Positions 22,222-34,891 of a stretch of 64,000 nt of DNA are shown one piece after another; position 1 is the first letter of the stretch; every line of letters starts with the position of its first letter. The notes below the pieces were generated by a model, which saw nothing but the letters and a program-made list of their open reading frames with translations, ran no database searches and was not told the origin of the DNA. Both the position numbers and the translations under genes were made by a program. Location of the stretch: assembly GCA_963514005.1 (NCBI GenBank), contig OY740814.1, positions 6,696,001-6,760,000 on the forward strand, in the 5' to 3' direction. This stretch comes from Raja brachyura (Eukaryota).

Positions 22222-25060
22222 CACAAGATTCAAGAGAGTTTATTGTCATGTGTCCCTGATAGGACAATGAAATTCTTGCTTTGCTTCAGCACACCAGAAC
22301 ATAGTAGGCATAAATAAATACAGAACAGATCAGTGTGTCCATATACCATTGAGAGAATATATATATAAGGAGGTTTCACGGCAGTCGGGTCACGACCCAT
22401 GACCCGTACTGTTGCTACACTACGCCAAGTGGAGTACACGCGATGAACTGCAGGTAAGCACTTACCATTGTTCCAGCGTAGCCGGCCCGTTAAAACCCGC
22501 CGAAATTGTCAATTTTTGCGCTGTAAATAATTATGGACATCTGGATAAGCGTGAGAGACATTTAGCCTACATCAGAATTCCAAAAGTGAGGAGAAATGAC
22601 GGTAGATAGAAGCGAGAGCTGAAGGGACAACAACAGCCAGAGTGCTTGGCGAACATTGGCCGTTTGCTCACTGCATTTCATCAACTAAGGCATTATTTGT
22701 GTTTTTTCTTGATTCCTTTGGCATCTAAAAACTTTCCGAAGTGATAAATCTGGCTGTAATATTTTTAAATCGCCCACGGTTCTCAAGTGGGTTTTTACAT
22801 ACAAAAAGAAAACGCCTCTGAAGCAAAATTTACAGCCAGATTTATCACTTCTGAGACTTTGTAGATACCAAAGGAATCAAGCAAAACCACAAATAATGCC
22901 TTACTGTTGATGAAATGCAGTGAGCGAACGCAATCATTCCCAATATTTTCAATTCCGATATCTGCACGGCCAATGTTCGCCAAGCACTTTAGCTGTTGTT
23001 GTTCCTTCAGCTCTCGCTTCCCTTTACCTTCATTTCGCTTCACTTTTGGACTTCTGAGGTTGAGTACATGTCTCTCACGCTTACCCCGACTTCCACAAAT
23101 TTTTACAGTGTAAAAATCAAACATTTTGGTGGTTTTTAAACAGGTAGGAAAGTGTGCGTTTCTTGCATTAATCACGTATACCGGAAGTTACGGATGTCCC
23201 CCAGATGGATTGAGCGGCTCCGGATATGGGGAAGAAGCTGTTCCTGAACCTGGATGTTGCAGATTTCTGGCTCCTGTACCTTCTACCTGAAGGCAGTGGG
23301 GAGATGAGTGTGTGGCCAGGATGGTGTGGGTCCTTGATGATGCTGCCAGCCTTTTTGAGGCAGCGACTGCGATAGATCCCCTCGATGGAAGGAAGGTCAG
23401 AGCCGATGACGGACTGGGCAGTGTTTACAACTTTTTGCAGTTTTTTCCACTCCAGGGCGCTCAAGTTGCCGAACCAAGCCACGATGCAACCGGTCAGCAT
23501 GCTCTCTACTGTGCACCTGTAGAAGTTCGAGAGAGTCCTCCTTGACAGACCGACTCTCCGTAATCTTCTCAGGAAGTAGAGGCGCTGATGTGCTTTCTTT
23601 ATAATTGCATCAGTGTTCTGGGACCAGGAGAGATCTTCAGAGATGTGCACGCCCAGGAATTTGAAGCTCTTGACCCTTTCCACCATCGACCCGTTGATGT
23701 AAACGGGACTGTGGGTCCCCATCCTACCCCTTCCAAAGTCCACAATCAGTTCCTTGGGTTTGCTGTGTTGAGAGCCAGGTTGTTGTGCTGGCACCATTTG
23801 GTCAATACTCACTTCTATACTCTGACTCGTCCACATCAGTGATACGTCCCACAACAGTGGTGTCATCGGCGAACTTGATGATGGAGTTCGCACTATGTCC
23901 GGCTATGCAGTCATGAGTATAGAGTGAGTACAGCAAGGGGCTGAGCACACAGCCTTGAGGTGCTCCCGTGCTGATTGTTATCGAGGCTGACACATTTCCA
24001 CCATTACAAACAGACTGGTCTGTGAATGAGGAAGTCGAGGATCCAATTGCAGAGGGATGCGCAGAGACCCAGTTCTGCAAGTTTGGTAACCAGCTTGGAG
24101 GGGATGATTGCATTAAATGCCGAGTTGTAATCAATGAATAACAGCCTGACATATGTATTTGTTGTCCAAGTGGTCCACAGCGGAGTGGAGGGCCAGCGAG
24201 ATCGCATCCACCGTTGATCTGTTGTGACGGTAAGCGAACTGCAGTGGGTCCAGGTTTTTGTCGATGTAGGAGTTGATTTGCGCCATGATCAACCTCTAAG
24301 CACTTCATCACCACAGGCGTTAGTGCCACAGGTCGATAGTCATTGAGGCACGTCACCTTGCTCTTCTTGGGCACCGGTATTATTGATGCCCTTTTGAAGC
24401 AGGAGGGAACCTCAGAAGAGAGAGTTTGAAAATGTCCGTAAAAACTCCAGCCAGTTGGTCCGCACAGGTTTTTAGAACACAACCGGGTATACCATCAGGT
24501 CCAGGCGCTTTTCGAGGGTTCACCCCTCTGAAGGATTTTCTGACGTCGACCTCTGTGACTGAGACTGAAATACCATCACGGCGAATGGGGGCTCGGGAAG
24601 GCACATCAGTGTTCTCCCTGTCAAAGCGTGCGTAAAACGCATTGAGTTCATCAGGGAGTGATGCTTCGCTGACATTTGAGCTGCCTCCTGATTTTGCCTT
24701 GTAGGAGGTGATTGCATTCAAGCCCCGCCACAGCTGCCAAACATCTGTCTCGACCTCCAGCTTGGAGCAGAAGTCCCTTTTGGCTTTTTTGATGGTCTTA
24801 CCAAGGTCATATCTGGACTTCTTGTATCTTCAGACATGAATGCCCGGTGTCTGGTCTTCAGAAGAGTGCGGATCTCATTGTTCCTCCAAGGCTTCGGATT
24901 GGGAAACACTCGGAAGGTTTTTGTTGGGATGCAGTCCTCCACACATTTCTTTATGAAGTCTTTATGTAACGACAGTGGCGTATTCATTCAGGTCCGTTGC
25001 CGAGTCCCTGAACATTGCCCAATCTACAGACTCCAAACAGTCCTGGGGTTGTTCCTCAGC
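22222..25060 (-). mobile_element. 5'-truncated Rex1/Babar LINE (frameshifted RT), 3' UTR interrupted by an inverted-repeat element
   Basis: [77 protein letters not shown] and LPSGRRYRS motifs; tail at 22222-22360. Confidence 0.92.
22368..23228. mobile_element. Unclassified non-autonomous DNA element with a long subterminal inverted repeat
   Basis: Arms at about 22490-22760 and 22830-23140 (e.g. GTGATAAATCTGGCTGTAA / TTACAGCCAGATTTATCAC) with unique outer ends. Sits in a TA run. Confidence 0.7.
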
Positions 25061-25181
25061 CCCCCTCCCCCCCCCCCTCCCCCGACAGCACAACAGGTCA
25101 GTAACACATAGTGCTCAAAATATACCAATAAACAAACACAAAATAAATTCTATTTAAAAAAAAAAATAAAAACCCAAGATT

Positions 25182-25410
25182 AGTCAAGTCACTTTTATTT
25201 ATATAGCACATTAAAAAAAAACTTGTTGGCCGAAGTGCTTTACTTTGGTATAAGAATAGTATAACAAACAGCTGTGGTTCATAGATTAAATACAAACATC
25301 ACTACATACATATAGCCCTCGCTCAGGGGACGTCAAGAAAGGCTTGGGAGTAGAGATGGGTTTTTAGTCCAGACTTAAAGGAGTCGATGGAGGGGGCAGT
25401 TCTGATGGGA
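25182..25410 (-). mobile_element. L2-type LINE 3' end
   Basis: TTTATTTATATAGCAC...AAGTGCTTTAC tail signature followed by TTTTTAGTCCAGACTTAAAGG. Confidence 0.6.
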
Positions 25411-25609
25411 GCTGCCTAGACAAAAGCCTGAAGTCCCCAGTACAATCAAAACCGTTCAAAGTTCAGTTGGTATTTGTAGTGCCCAATAGCCAGATGGTTG
25501 TTGGGAAGAAGTTGTTCCTGAATCTGGAGGACTTGGATTTCAGACTCGTAAACCACCTTCCCAATGATAGGAGTGAAATGAGAGCATGACTGGCATTAAC
25601 ACTTTTTTT

Positions 25610-26230
25610 GATTGAAAGGTACAGCATGGAAGCAGGCCCATCAGCCCATCCAGACTATGCTGGCCATCGATCACCCATTTACACCAAAAGCTCAAGTTAT
25701 CCCACTTTCTACACATCAGGGGCAACATTATAGAGGCCAATTAACCTCGGACCCACTTAGGAACATATAACATGGAAAATAGGTGCAGGAGTAGGCCATT
25801 TGGGCCAGCACCACCATTCAATGGATCATGGCTGATCATCCAAAATCGGTACCCCGTTCCTGCTTTTTCCCCATATCTCTTGATTCTGTTTGTCTTTGGG
25901 ATGTGGGGGGGGGGGGGGGGGAACTGGCCTCACAACACCAAAGATCCGGATGCCATCCTGACGTCTGGTGCTGTCTGTGTGAAGTTTGCACGTTCTCCCT
26001 GTGACCGCATGGGTTTCCTTCTGGTGCTCCGGTTTCCTCCCATGTCATCCTCCAGCCCCTAAAGCAGTTAAACGTGCAGGTCATAAGTTCGTAAGTGATA
26101 GAAGTAAAATTAGGCCATTCGGCCCATCAAGTCTACTCTGCCATTCAATCATGGCTGATCTATCTCTCCCTCCTAACCCCATTCTTCTGCCTTCTCCCCA
26201 TAACCTCTGACACCCGTACTAATCAAAAAT
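25610..26230. mobile_element. Mosaic of HE1-like SINE and CR1 3' fragments
   Basis: Pieces match the SINE body and CR1 tail seen elsewhere in the window. Confidence 0.7.
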
Positions 26231-27439
26231 CTATCAAAGGAAGAGCATTTAAATAGCACAATGTCCGCATGATACGCAAAGCACTTTGCAGCCAATTTAA
26301 ATGCAAATGTTAATGTATCAACAAACACCAGCGGGCAATTTCCACACTGCAGCCATACAGACAGCAATGGGGGTCAATGCTCAGCTAATTAGCACATCAT
26401 TTGAACATTCACGCTAACTGCAGCTTATAATAAACAATAGATATTTCTTCCCCCTTTAAAAAAAAACACACATCACTGGCTGTTTTGGCTGTCACAATGA
26501 GGGGAATGATTTACAAGGAATCTGATGTGTGGGGGGGAGGATGGTATATGGAACAAGCTCTCAGTGGAGGGTGCACAAAATGCTGGAGAAACTCAGCGGG
26601 TGCAGCAGCATCTATGGAGCGAAGGAGATAGGCAATGTTTCGGGCGGAAACCCTTCTTCAAGCTCCCAGTGGAGGCAGGTACTATAACATATGTTAGGAC
26701 AGGTACAAGGATAGGAAAGGTTGCAAAGGATACAGGACAAACGTGGGCCTATTTCCTTGTATGACCCTATGACTCTAAACATAGGCTCATCTGTGGCTTT
26801 CCAGAATAATGATGGACACAATTTTGCATTCTACCGTATCTGGACTCCAGCCTATTTACTAACTGTGGGCACACCCTTGCTCTGCCTGGAGACTTGTGGT
26901 AAGCAGAATTCTAGACTCGAGAGAGTTTAGGAAAATGCATAGTGCTGGAGTAACTCAGCAGGTCAGGACATGGATAGGTGATGATTCGGGTCAGGCTGAT
27001 GGGAGTAGGGGGGAGTAAGCAGTAAAGTCTGACAATGTAGACACAAGGAACTGCAGATACTGATTTACAAAAAAAGACACAAAGTGCTGGAATAACTTGG
27101 CTGGCCGGACTGCATCTGGAGAATATGGAGAGGTGATTTCTTGGGTCTGGACCCTTCTTCAGATTGAAGAAGAACCCTGACCCAAAACGTCGCCTATCCA
27201 AGTTCAACAGTGTATTGGCCAACACACTGAATGTCCTTTATCTTGTCAGGAAGTAGAGGCGTTGATGAACTTTGCTGGGCCCAGGACAGATTTGCAGAGA
27301 TATGCACATGCAAGAGGAGATGCCACCAAGCATGTGGCTCAGCAAACAATGGGTGGGAGAGAAGCACGGAGGTAGAATGGGTGTCGTACTGCTGCTGCCT
27401 TGCAGCTCCAGAGATGCATGTTCAAACACAACCTAGGGG

Positions 27440-27960
27440 GTTGTCTGTTCTACTGTGTGCAGTTCTGGTCGTCTAGAGATAGGAAGGATGTCATCAATGG
27501 GAAAGGCTTCAGAAGAGATTCCCCAGGATGTTACCTAGGCTTGTGGGCTTGAGTTATGGGGAGATATTTGCCAGATGGGACTTTTGTTTTCTTTGGGGTG
27601 TAGGAGACTGAGGGGTGACCTTACTGAGGTGTACGAAATAATGAGGGACATGGATAAAGTGAGCACAGTCTTTATCCCAGGGTAGAGGATTCTAAAACAA
27701 TAAGGAATAGGATGAAAGTGAAAAGGGAGAGATTTAGGAAGGGGGGGGGGCAACTTTTTCCATTCGGAGGCTAGTCCATATTTAGAACGATCTGCTAAGG
27801 GAGGTTGTAGAAGTGGATACAGTTGTGACTTTTAAAATATATTTGGACAGATGTATGGAAAGAGTTTAGACCTATTGAGCAAATGGAGGTAAATGGGAGC
27901 CCAGTCCAGTGTGCCAACATGGACCCGGTGGGGTGAAGGGCCTGTTTCCATGCTTTATAA
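27440..27960 (+). mobile_element. Old CR1 3' fragment
   Basis: TACTGTGTGCAGTTCTGGTC, GAGGGGTGACCTTA and GAAGGGCCTGTTTCC motifs. Confidence 0.7.
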
Positions 27961-28240
27961 CACCAGGTTGCTTTGCTTTGCTTTATTTGCTGGCAATATC
28001 TGAGAAGAATACTGGACTATGACATTCTTCATGAATGTTAGTCCCAAAGTCATAAATCTCCATTCTGAACAACCTTTGTTACTTTGTGAATTATAAATGA
28101 ACTAAAACTAGCTGAAGGTCAAAACGAAAATAAACAACCAGAGCTGGCAACTTGTATGTAATCAGGTTAGCGATTTGGAGTATCATGCTTCTGTGGGCAT
28201 GATGTATTTATCAGTCATGTTCCAATTTGTGTCTATGTAG

Positions 28241-28364
28241 GCTGCTTTGAAGAGATTTGCTTACAAAGCCTTTGACTGTCTTGAAGCAAAGTTTGGGAAT
28301 GAGGAGATGCTGGACAAAACTGTTCTTTCATCATCGGTGACCGAAGTCCAAATTCACCATGTAG
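28241..28364 (+). other. Candidate exon, open frame AALKRFAYKAFDCLEAKFGNEEMLDKTVLSSSVTEVQIHHV
   Basis: TTTGTGTCTATGTAG acceptor, GT donors at 28361 or 28365, non-repeat sequence. Protein not recognised. Confidence 0.3.
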
Positions 28365-29214
28365 GTAGGAAATTTCCTCTTGCAATATGCAAACTCAGCA
28401 AACTCAGTGAGAGTTTTTGACCAATTTTCCATCAGCAGAAGCTACAATAGCTAACTCTTTCCCACAAGGCTGCACGTTGAACAGCCATCCGTTCCCAGAG
28501 TGAAAAATTTAAACTCTTCATGGCGTCATGAATGAGATGGTTTCTTGATTGAAGTAATTAATTATTCAGAGTATAATGCGGCATTAATAGTATTCCATAA
28601 TTAATAGAATCACTTAATATCTCACTGGCAATTTAAAATCATGGTGCACAGCAATGATTAACTGAGCATTGCCAACAGCTTTAGCTGATATTGCTTGATC
28701 GGACACTATGTTGATAAGCATGGTAGGACCAGAAACTCTTTTGCATAGTACAGTGCATGTACATGGAGACCAATGGGCAGGTGTAGGGACATTAAATATC
28801 GTGCAATACGCCTGATAATATTGATGAAGAGTGTAGGAAGGAACTGCAGATGCTGTTTTAAACCAAAAAGAGACACAAAAAGCTGGAGTAACTCTGCGGG
28901 ACAGGCAGCATCTCCGGAGAGAAGGAATGGGTGACGTTTCGGGTCGAGACCCTTCTTCAGACCCCTCCCCAATCTTTGCCAATCCTTTCCTCCTTTCCAT
29001 TCGTCACTTTCATTTCATGAGTCACGTATTTTGTGTTTTGCAGATCAATTTCCCTCCTGAGATAAATAAAGTTCTATCATATTGTATCAAATTGTTAAAA
29101 TAAGTTGTGGGACATCAGAACTAATTAATTTTGATTCGGTGTGCAAGAACTGTATCCACTGTGAAACGTGAACAGAACAGATACCAATATTTTGGGGAAG
29201 AAAAACGCTACTCA

Positions 29215-29945
29215 AAACATAGGATACAAAGATGGAACAGATTCCACCCCATCCTGGATCAGTCCAATCAGGGTTGTGTCGTCCGCAAACTTGAGGAGCT
29301 TGACAGAGGTGTCTGTGGAGGTGCAGTCGTTTGTGTAGAGAGAGTAGAGAGGAGAGGAGAGAGTACGCAGCCTTGAGGTGCTTCTATGCTGAGGGTCAGC
29401 GGATCCGAGATGTACTTTCCCAGCGTCACATGCTGCTTCCTGTCTGTCAGGAAGTTGGTGATCCACTGACAGAGGGGTTCAGGCGCAGTCATCTGGGTTA
29501 TGTGTTTTGAAACTTCTGTACATTTTTGTCTGATGGGATAGGGAAGAAGAGGGAATGACCGGGGTAGGACTAGTCCTTGATTATGCTAGTGGCCTTGTCG
29601 AGGCAGCGTGAAATGTAGATGGAGTCAATGGAAGGGAGGCTAGTTTGCGTGGTGGTCTGGGCAGTGTCCACAACTCTGCAAGTTCATGCGATTTTGGATG
29701 GAGCTGTTCCCAAACCATGTTGAGATGCATCCTAATAAAATGCTTTCTACGCCGCATCTCTAGAAGTTGATGAGGATTGTTGGGAATATGCCAAACTTCA
29801 AAATCCTTCCAAGGAAGTACAGGCATTCTTATGCGTTCTTGGCCATTGCTTCAATATGATTATTCCAGGTCAAATTGTTGGGGATATTTACTCCGAAGAA
29901 ATTGAAATTTTCAACCATCTCTACTTTGACATCATCAATGTATAG
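29215..29945 (-). mobile_element. Rex1/Babar fragments (two pieces)
   Basis: [33 protein letters not shown] and VENFNFFGV motifs. Confidence 0.85.
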
Positions 29946-29947
29946 TG

Positions 29948-30935
29948 GAGATAGACACAAAAAGCTGGAGTAACTCAGCGGGACAGGCAGCATATCTGGA
30001 GAGAAGGAAAGGGTGACGTTTCGGGTCAAGATCCTTCAGACTGGTTAGCGATAAGGAAAACGAGAGATATAGACGGTGATATAGAGATTTTTTTCAAATT
30101 TCAAAATAGACATTATTCAGGTAATAAATGTATACAATACATGAACCGTGCAAAAAATTCATCTGACATTTTCGGAGGCTACACAAATTATTCAATTTGT
30201 ATTCGGTCTACATACATTGCTCAAATTTCACAAATGTATCCCCCCCACCCTTGCCACTCATGTGGCCCACTGGCGTGGGATCCCTTCCCTTATTTTGAGG
30301 GGCGCCTCTACCACACCCTGCCTCCCCATGGCCAGCAGCGGAAGGACCCTAGACTGTGGTCCTCCCCCACCGAGCCATGGCGTTGGCTGCACAAAGCTTC
30401 AGTACATCACTCAGCACGTACTCCTGCAGCCTGCAGCAGGCCAGGCGGCAACATTCCCAGACGGACATCTCGCTCCGCTGGGTAGTGAACAACGCTCGGG
30501 CAGACCAACGAGCATTTTCACCAAGTAGATGACCTTCCAGCAGCACTCAATGTCAGTGTCTGAATGCAACCCTGGGAACAGTCCATAAATCACAGAGTCC
30601 TCTGTGACGGAGATGTTCGGAATAAACCGTGGCAGGGACCCTTGCAGATCTCTCCAGACTCTCTTTGCGAATCCACACTCTGCAAAGAGGTGGGCATGAA
30701 GATGAAGAACAATGAATGAAAGATATGCAAAAAAAGTAGCGATGATAAAGCAAACAGGCCATTGTTAGCTGTTTGCAGGGTGCAAATGAGAAGCTAGTGC
30801 AACTTGGGTGGGGGATGGAGAGAGAGAGAGAGAGTGAGAGAGAGAGAGAGGTAATGCTGGGGCTACCTGAAGTGAGAGAAATCAATATTCATACAACTGG
30901 GCTGTAAGATGCCGAAGCGAAATATTAGACGCTGT
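29948..30935 (-). mobile_element. PLE 3' end (endonuclease C-terminus, 3' UTR and hammerhead-like repeat), interrupted by Tx1
   Basis: Minus strand reads QRLIFRFGILQPSCMNIDFS near 30870-30930, then UTR, then CAGTCTGAAGGATCTTGACCCGAAACGTC. Confidence 0.75.
30089..30697 (-). mobile_element. L1/Tx1-clade 3' fragment
   Basis: HLFAECGFAKRVWRDLQ...VIYGLFPG...CCWKVI ORF2 C-terminus; A-rich tail at 30089. Confidence 0.75.
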
Positions 30936-31959
30936 ACCCCTTTTGAAATTGCTCTGAGTTAAAACATTTTATGCAGAAGTGGAGTAAATTTATTGCAGGG
31001 TCAGACCATCTTGTCAGATTGTAATTTGGAACGATAGCGATGATTCTTCTGTTCATTTAGTAGTCTGGCCTTGGTTCCTGTAGTATGTACAAATTAATTT
31101 AGCGCAAGTGTCATTTTGTCAATGGATAAGATTTAAATTTTGCTTGTGGAAAATGTAAGGAGTTCTAAGTGTCCATTTTCAAATTAACTTGAATTTCAGA
31201 AACCTGATGGACGAGTTTTTTTTTGCAAAATAACAACCTTTCATAATAATATCCCTTAATGGAATCAAGGGATAATGGGAGAAAGCAGGAACGGGGTACT
31301 GATTTTGGATGATCAGCCGTGATCATATTGAATGGTAGTGCTGGTTCAGAGATCTGAATGGCCATCTCCTGCACCTATTGCCCATGTTTCTATGTTTCAA
31401 ATATAATAGTAAGATTAAACGAGAACTTACCAGTTCGAAGTTTGATCCTTATTTTATGAGGAGTTACGATGAGGGATTTCGTGAAGACCCCGCCAGCACG
31501 CATGCGCGACATTCTTCAAAGCAGCGGTGTGAAATCACAGATAGTAGAGTTGACTGAAGATAGTAAGATAAGAGAACTAACATACCAGTTGACCTTATAA
31601 TAGAGGGTTGGGAGCGGAGGGCACGAAATCCCTCATCGTAACTCCTCATAAAATAAGGATCAAACTTTGAACTGGTAAGTTCTCGTTTAATCTTTCTATT
31701 TTACTTCGGAGTCACGGGAGTGACCGTGAAGACTTCAAAGCTCTGTGATTTCATGCCCTGGAAAACGAGTCCATGCTCAAACACTGCCATAATACCCAAT
31801 GGAGGAAATATGTAAACGGATTTCAGACTTGAAACAGTGCTGAAAAACAATAATGTATTTATTTAACAAATAATAATAATAACCCCTAACTTCGGGGAAA
31901 ATTATAATACAGAACTTAAAATAGTGTCTGCAAATATCTCAGGCGTGGCCACAGGTTTA

Positions 31960-32874
31960 TTATAAAACCCGCTGGAATGTTGTTTCATTGGACCAACCCG
32001 CCGTTGCAAGGATGTGGTCCATAGGAACTTCCATCATTCTCGCTGCTGATGTAGCTGCAGCCCTGGTAGAATTAAATTTTAAAATATCAGTGTCCACCCC
32101 CGCTGCACCTAACACCACCCTGAGCCATCTTGAGATGGTCTGCATGGTTACTCTGTGATGAGGGTGTTTAAAACTTATCAATAGGGACATTTCTGTACCC
32201 CTGAGACTTTTGGTGACCTCCAGGTAATGTAGAAGGTGGGTCACTATGCAAAGGCGTCTATCTACGGGATAAACCAGGAACTCCAATTTGAGGCCAGATG
32301 ACCCAGGCCTGTTCTGTTTGAGTAACTCATGAATGTAAAAGGTTACCTTATTTTGGGATGTTACCATGGCGTCCAGTTTTAGTTTGTGCAGAGACTGGAC
32401 CCGCTGCGCCGTTACAAGTGCTATAAGCATCACTATATTATACGTGAGCTTGGTTAGTGAGCGGGACATGGCTGGTTCCCAATCTCTGAGCAGGGTAAGG
32501 ACAATGCCAATATCCCAGGTCTTGGAATATCGAGGCCTGGGGGGATTAGAGTTAAAGATACCCCTCATACGTTTTGACACCACAGGGCGAGATCCTACTC
32601 CATGGTGTTCTAACCCCTGTCCCAGGTATGAGGATAAGGCACTTCTGGCGCAGTTGATGGCACTATAACTCAAGCCTTCATCGAAATGTAGACTTGCCAG
32701 GAACTCCAGCACATCCTTGATAGTGGCTGTGCTGTAAGTAGTGCCTGTCCTGGTACAAAATACCTCCCATTTTTTGACTTAGGTGAGGTACTGTTGCCTG
32801 GTGGACTCTCTGCATGATGCCGTGATGATATTTATGGTTCGGTCCGACAGCCCGAATTCCAGGAGAGGTCTTTT
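31960..32874 (-). pseudogene. DIRS tyrosine recombinase
   Basis: YSAINCARSALS, LVTAQRV, NSTR (HxxR altered), AGWSNETTF. An extra G shifts out the expected RFYNKP tyrosine; one upstream in-frame stop. Confidence 0.9.
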
Positions 32875-34891
32875 CAAATCCTGCAAACCAATAGGTTCAT
32901 ACGGTCATGGCATGGATGACTCTCCCCTGTTACAGGATGCACCAGCAAACTGGGGCGTTTGGAGATCGGAATACATGGTCCTGAGACCATGTCGAGAACC
33001 ACAGGGAACCATGGCTGAGTAGGCCAATCGGGTACTATCAAAATACCCGATGCAGAGTCTTGTTGAATTTTCCGCAATACCCGACTGATGAGGCAGAAGG
33101 AGGGAAATGCATGGAAGAATAAATCCCCCCAGTGTAGCGAGAAAGCGTCCATCGCTACTGCCCCAGGGTCTGGTTCCCATGCAACATATGTTGGTATCTG
33201 GTGATTAAGTCTGGATGCAAAAGGGTCGATATTTGGTGTTCCATACCGAGCTACAATGTCAGTAAATACCTGGTGGTCCAACATCCATTCGGTGCTGTCA
33301 TTGAATATGTGTGACCTGGTGTCCGCCACTATATTGAGCTTACCCGGAAGGTAAGTAGCTGATATCCAAATGTTTCTTTCTATGCACCAGTGCCAGATTG
33401 AATTGGCCAATTCATCACAAGATATCGACTTAATTCCACCCATATGATTAATGTATGCCACCACGGTGGTGTTGTCAATTTGTAGGCGAACATGCAGATG
33501 GTACATGTCTGAACAGTAAGCCTGAAGTCCATGAAACGCTCCCAACATCTCTAGATGATTAATACCCAGTGTCTGAAGTAAGGTTAACTCGTGTGTATTC
33601 CATCTACCACCACAACTGGAGGTGGTATCAGTTGCTCCCCAGCCGGGAGCACTGGCGTCAGTTTGTAACACAACCGAAGGGTTTGCGACTGTGATGGGAT
33701 TAGAGCAATGTTGAATATTGCTAATCCACCATCGCAATTCCAATTTCTCTTTGGCCGGCAACTGTATTGGCCTGCCAAAATGGCCAGCATGATGTTTGAG
33801 TGCTGCAATTTTGGCCCTTTGTAGATTTTGGTAATGTAAGGGTCCATATTGTGTGGCTGGAAAGGCAGCCACAAGCTTCCCAATTACCCTGGCTACTTGC
33901 CGAATAGATGGTTTACTGACACAAACAAGGCTGTTACATGCCTATCAAGTCTGTTGCTTTGTTCCTTTGCAAGGGGACAGACATATGAACAGTCAATCAT
34001 GAACCCCAAATAATCCATAGTCATAGAAGACATTAACTTGGATTTGTCTGGATGGATGATAAATCCCAATTTTTGAAATAGGAGCTTGGTGGCTGAGACA
34101 GCCAATTCCAAGGTTTTCCCCACAATTAGGATGTCATCGAGATATGCCATGACAATATGTTTTTGTTTCCGAAGAAACTCCAATGCTGGCTTCAATATTT
34201 TGGTAAACAGTCTGGGGGCTGATGTTACTCCATTAGGCAGTGCTTTATATTGCCAGAGCTGCCCCATCCAGATAAATTTCAAATGTCTGCGGTGATCTTT
34301 GTCTATTGGTACTGAATAGTATGCATCTTTTTGGTCGATGCAAGCCATGAAGTACCCCTTGGAAACTAGTTGTTTCGCAGTAACAAATGTTTCCATTTTG
34401 AAGTGGGTGTATTACACAAAAGTATTCAGTTGTGTCAAATCAATAATGATGCGGCATCCGCCATCTTTTTTGTTTTTGGTGAAGATGTTTGATACAAACT
34501 CGAGAGATTCATGTTTGGTTTTCTCTATTACTCCCTTAGTATATAGTCTAAACAGTTCTGCATGACCTTCCACTTTCTCTTTTTGTGAAAGCACAAACTT
34601 TCGGCTAGGTGCATGTTGAACCGGAAGGAGGAGTTTGTCAACAAATTCAATTTTGTATCCTTGAATACTGTGCAGTATGAAAAAATCAGAAGTTATAGAA
34701 CTCCATGCATCCCTAAACAAGTGTAACCTGCCCCCAACTTGTGAAGAAGTTACACATGCTATGTTCCGAGGGCAACCAGACCCTCCTACCTCCATGGTTA
34801 CCGGTGGTTCTGTGTTGGTTTTCTCCGTCCTTGGTTCCTGGGAGGTGGAGGCGTTGTGGTGTGGGGCTGGCGCATCTTCCAGGAAGGCCAC
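32874..34891 (-). pseudogene. DIRS pol: reverse transcriptase, RNase H and adenine-methyltransferase-like domain (frameshifted)
   Basis: KKDGGCRIIIDL, IDQKDAYYSVPI, SAPRLFTK, AYLDD; LQTDAS, HLEM, IDNTT, NIVAD; IDPFASRLN, DAF, AFPSF, IVPDWPTQPWF. Confidence 0.93.

Noticed and set aside
32874-33300. Bacterial restriction-modification methylase or phage integrase contamination
   Set aside because: The MT and YR domains lie inside a DIRS element with intact ITR/ICR structure, where they are normal components.
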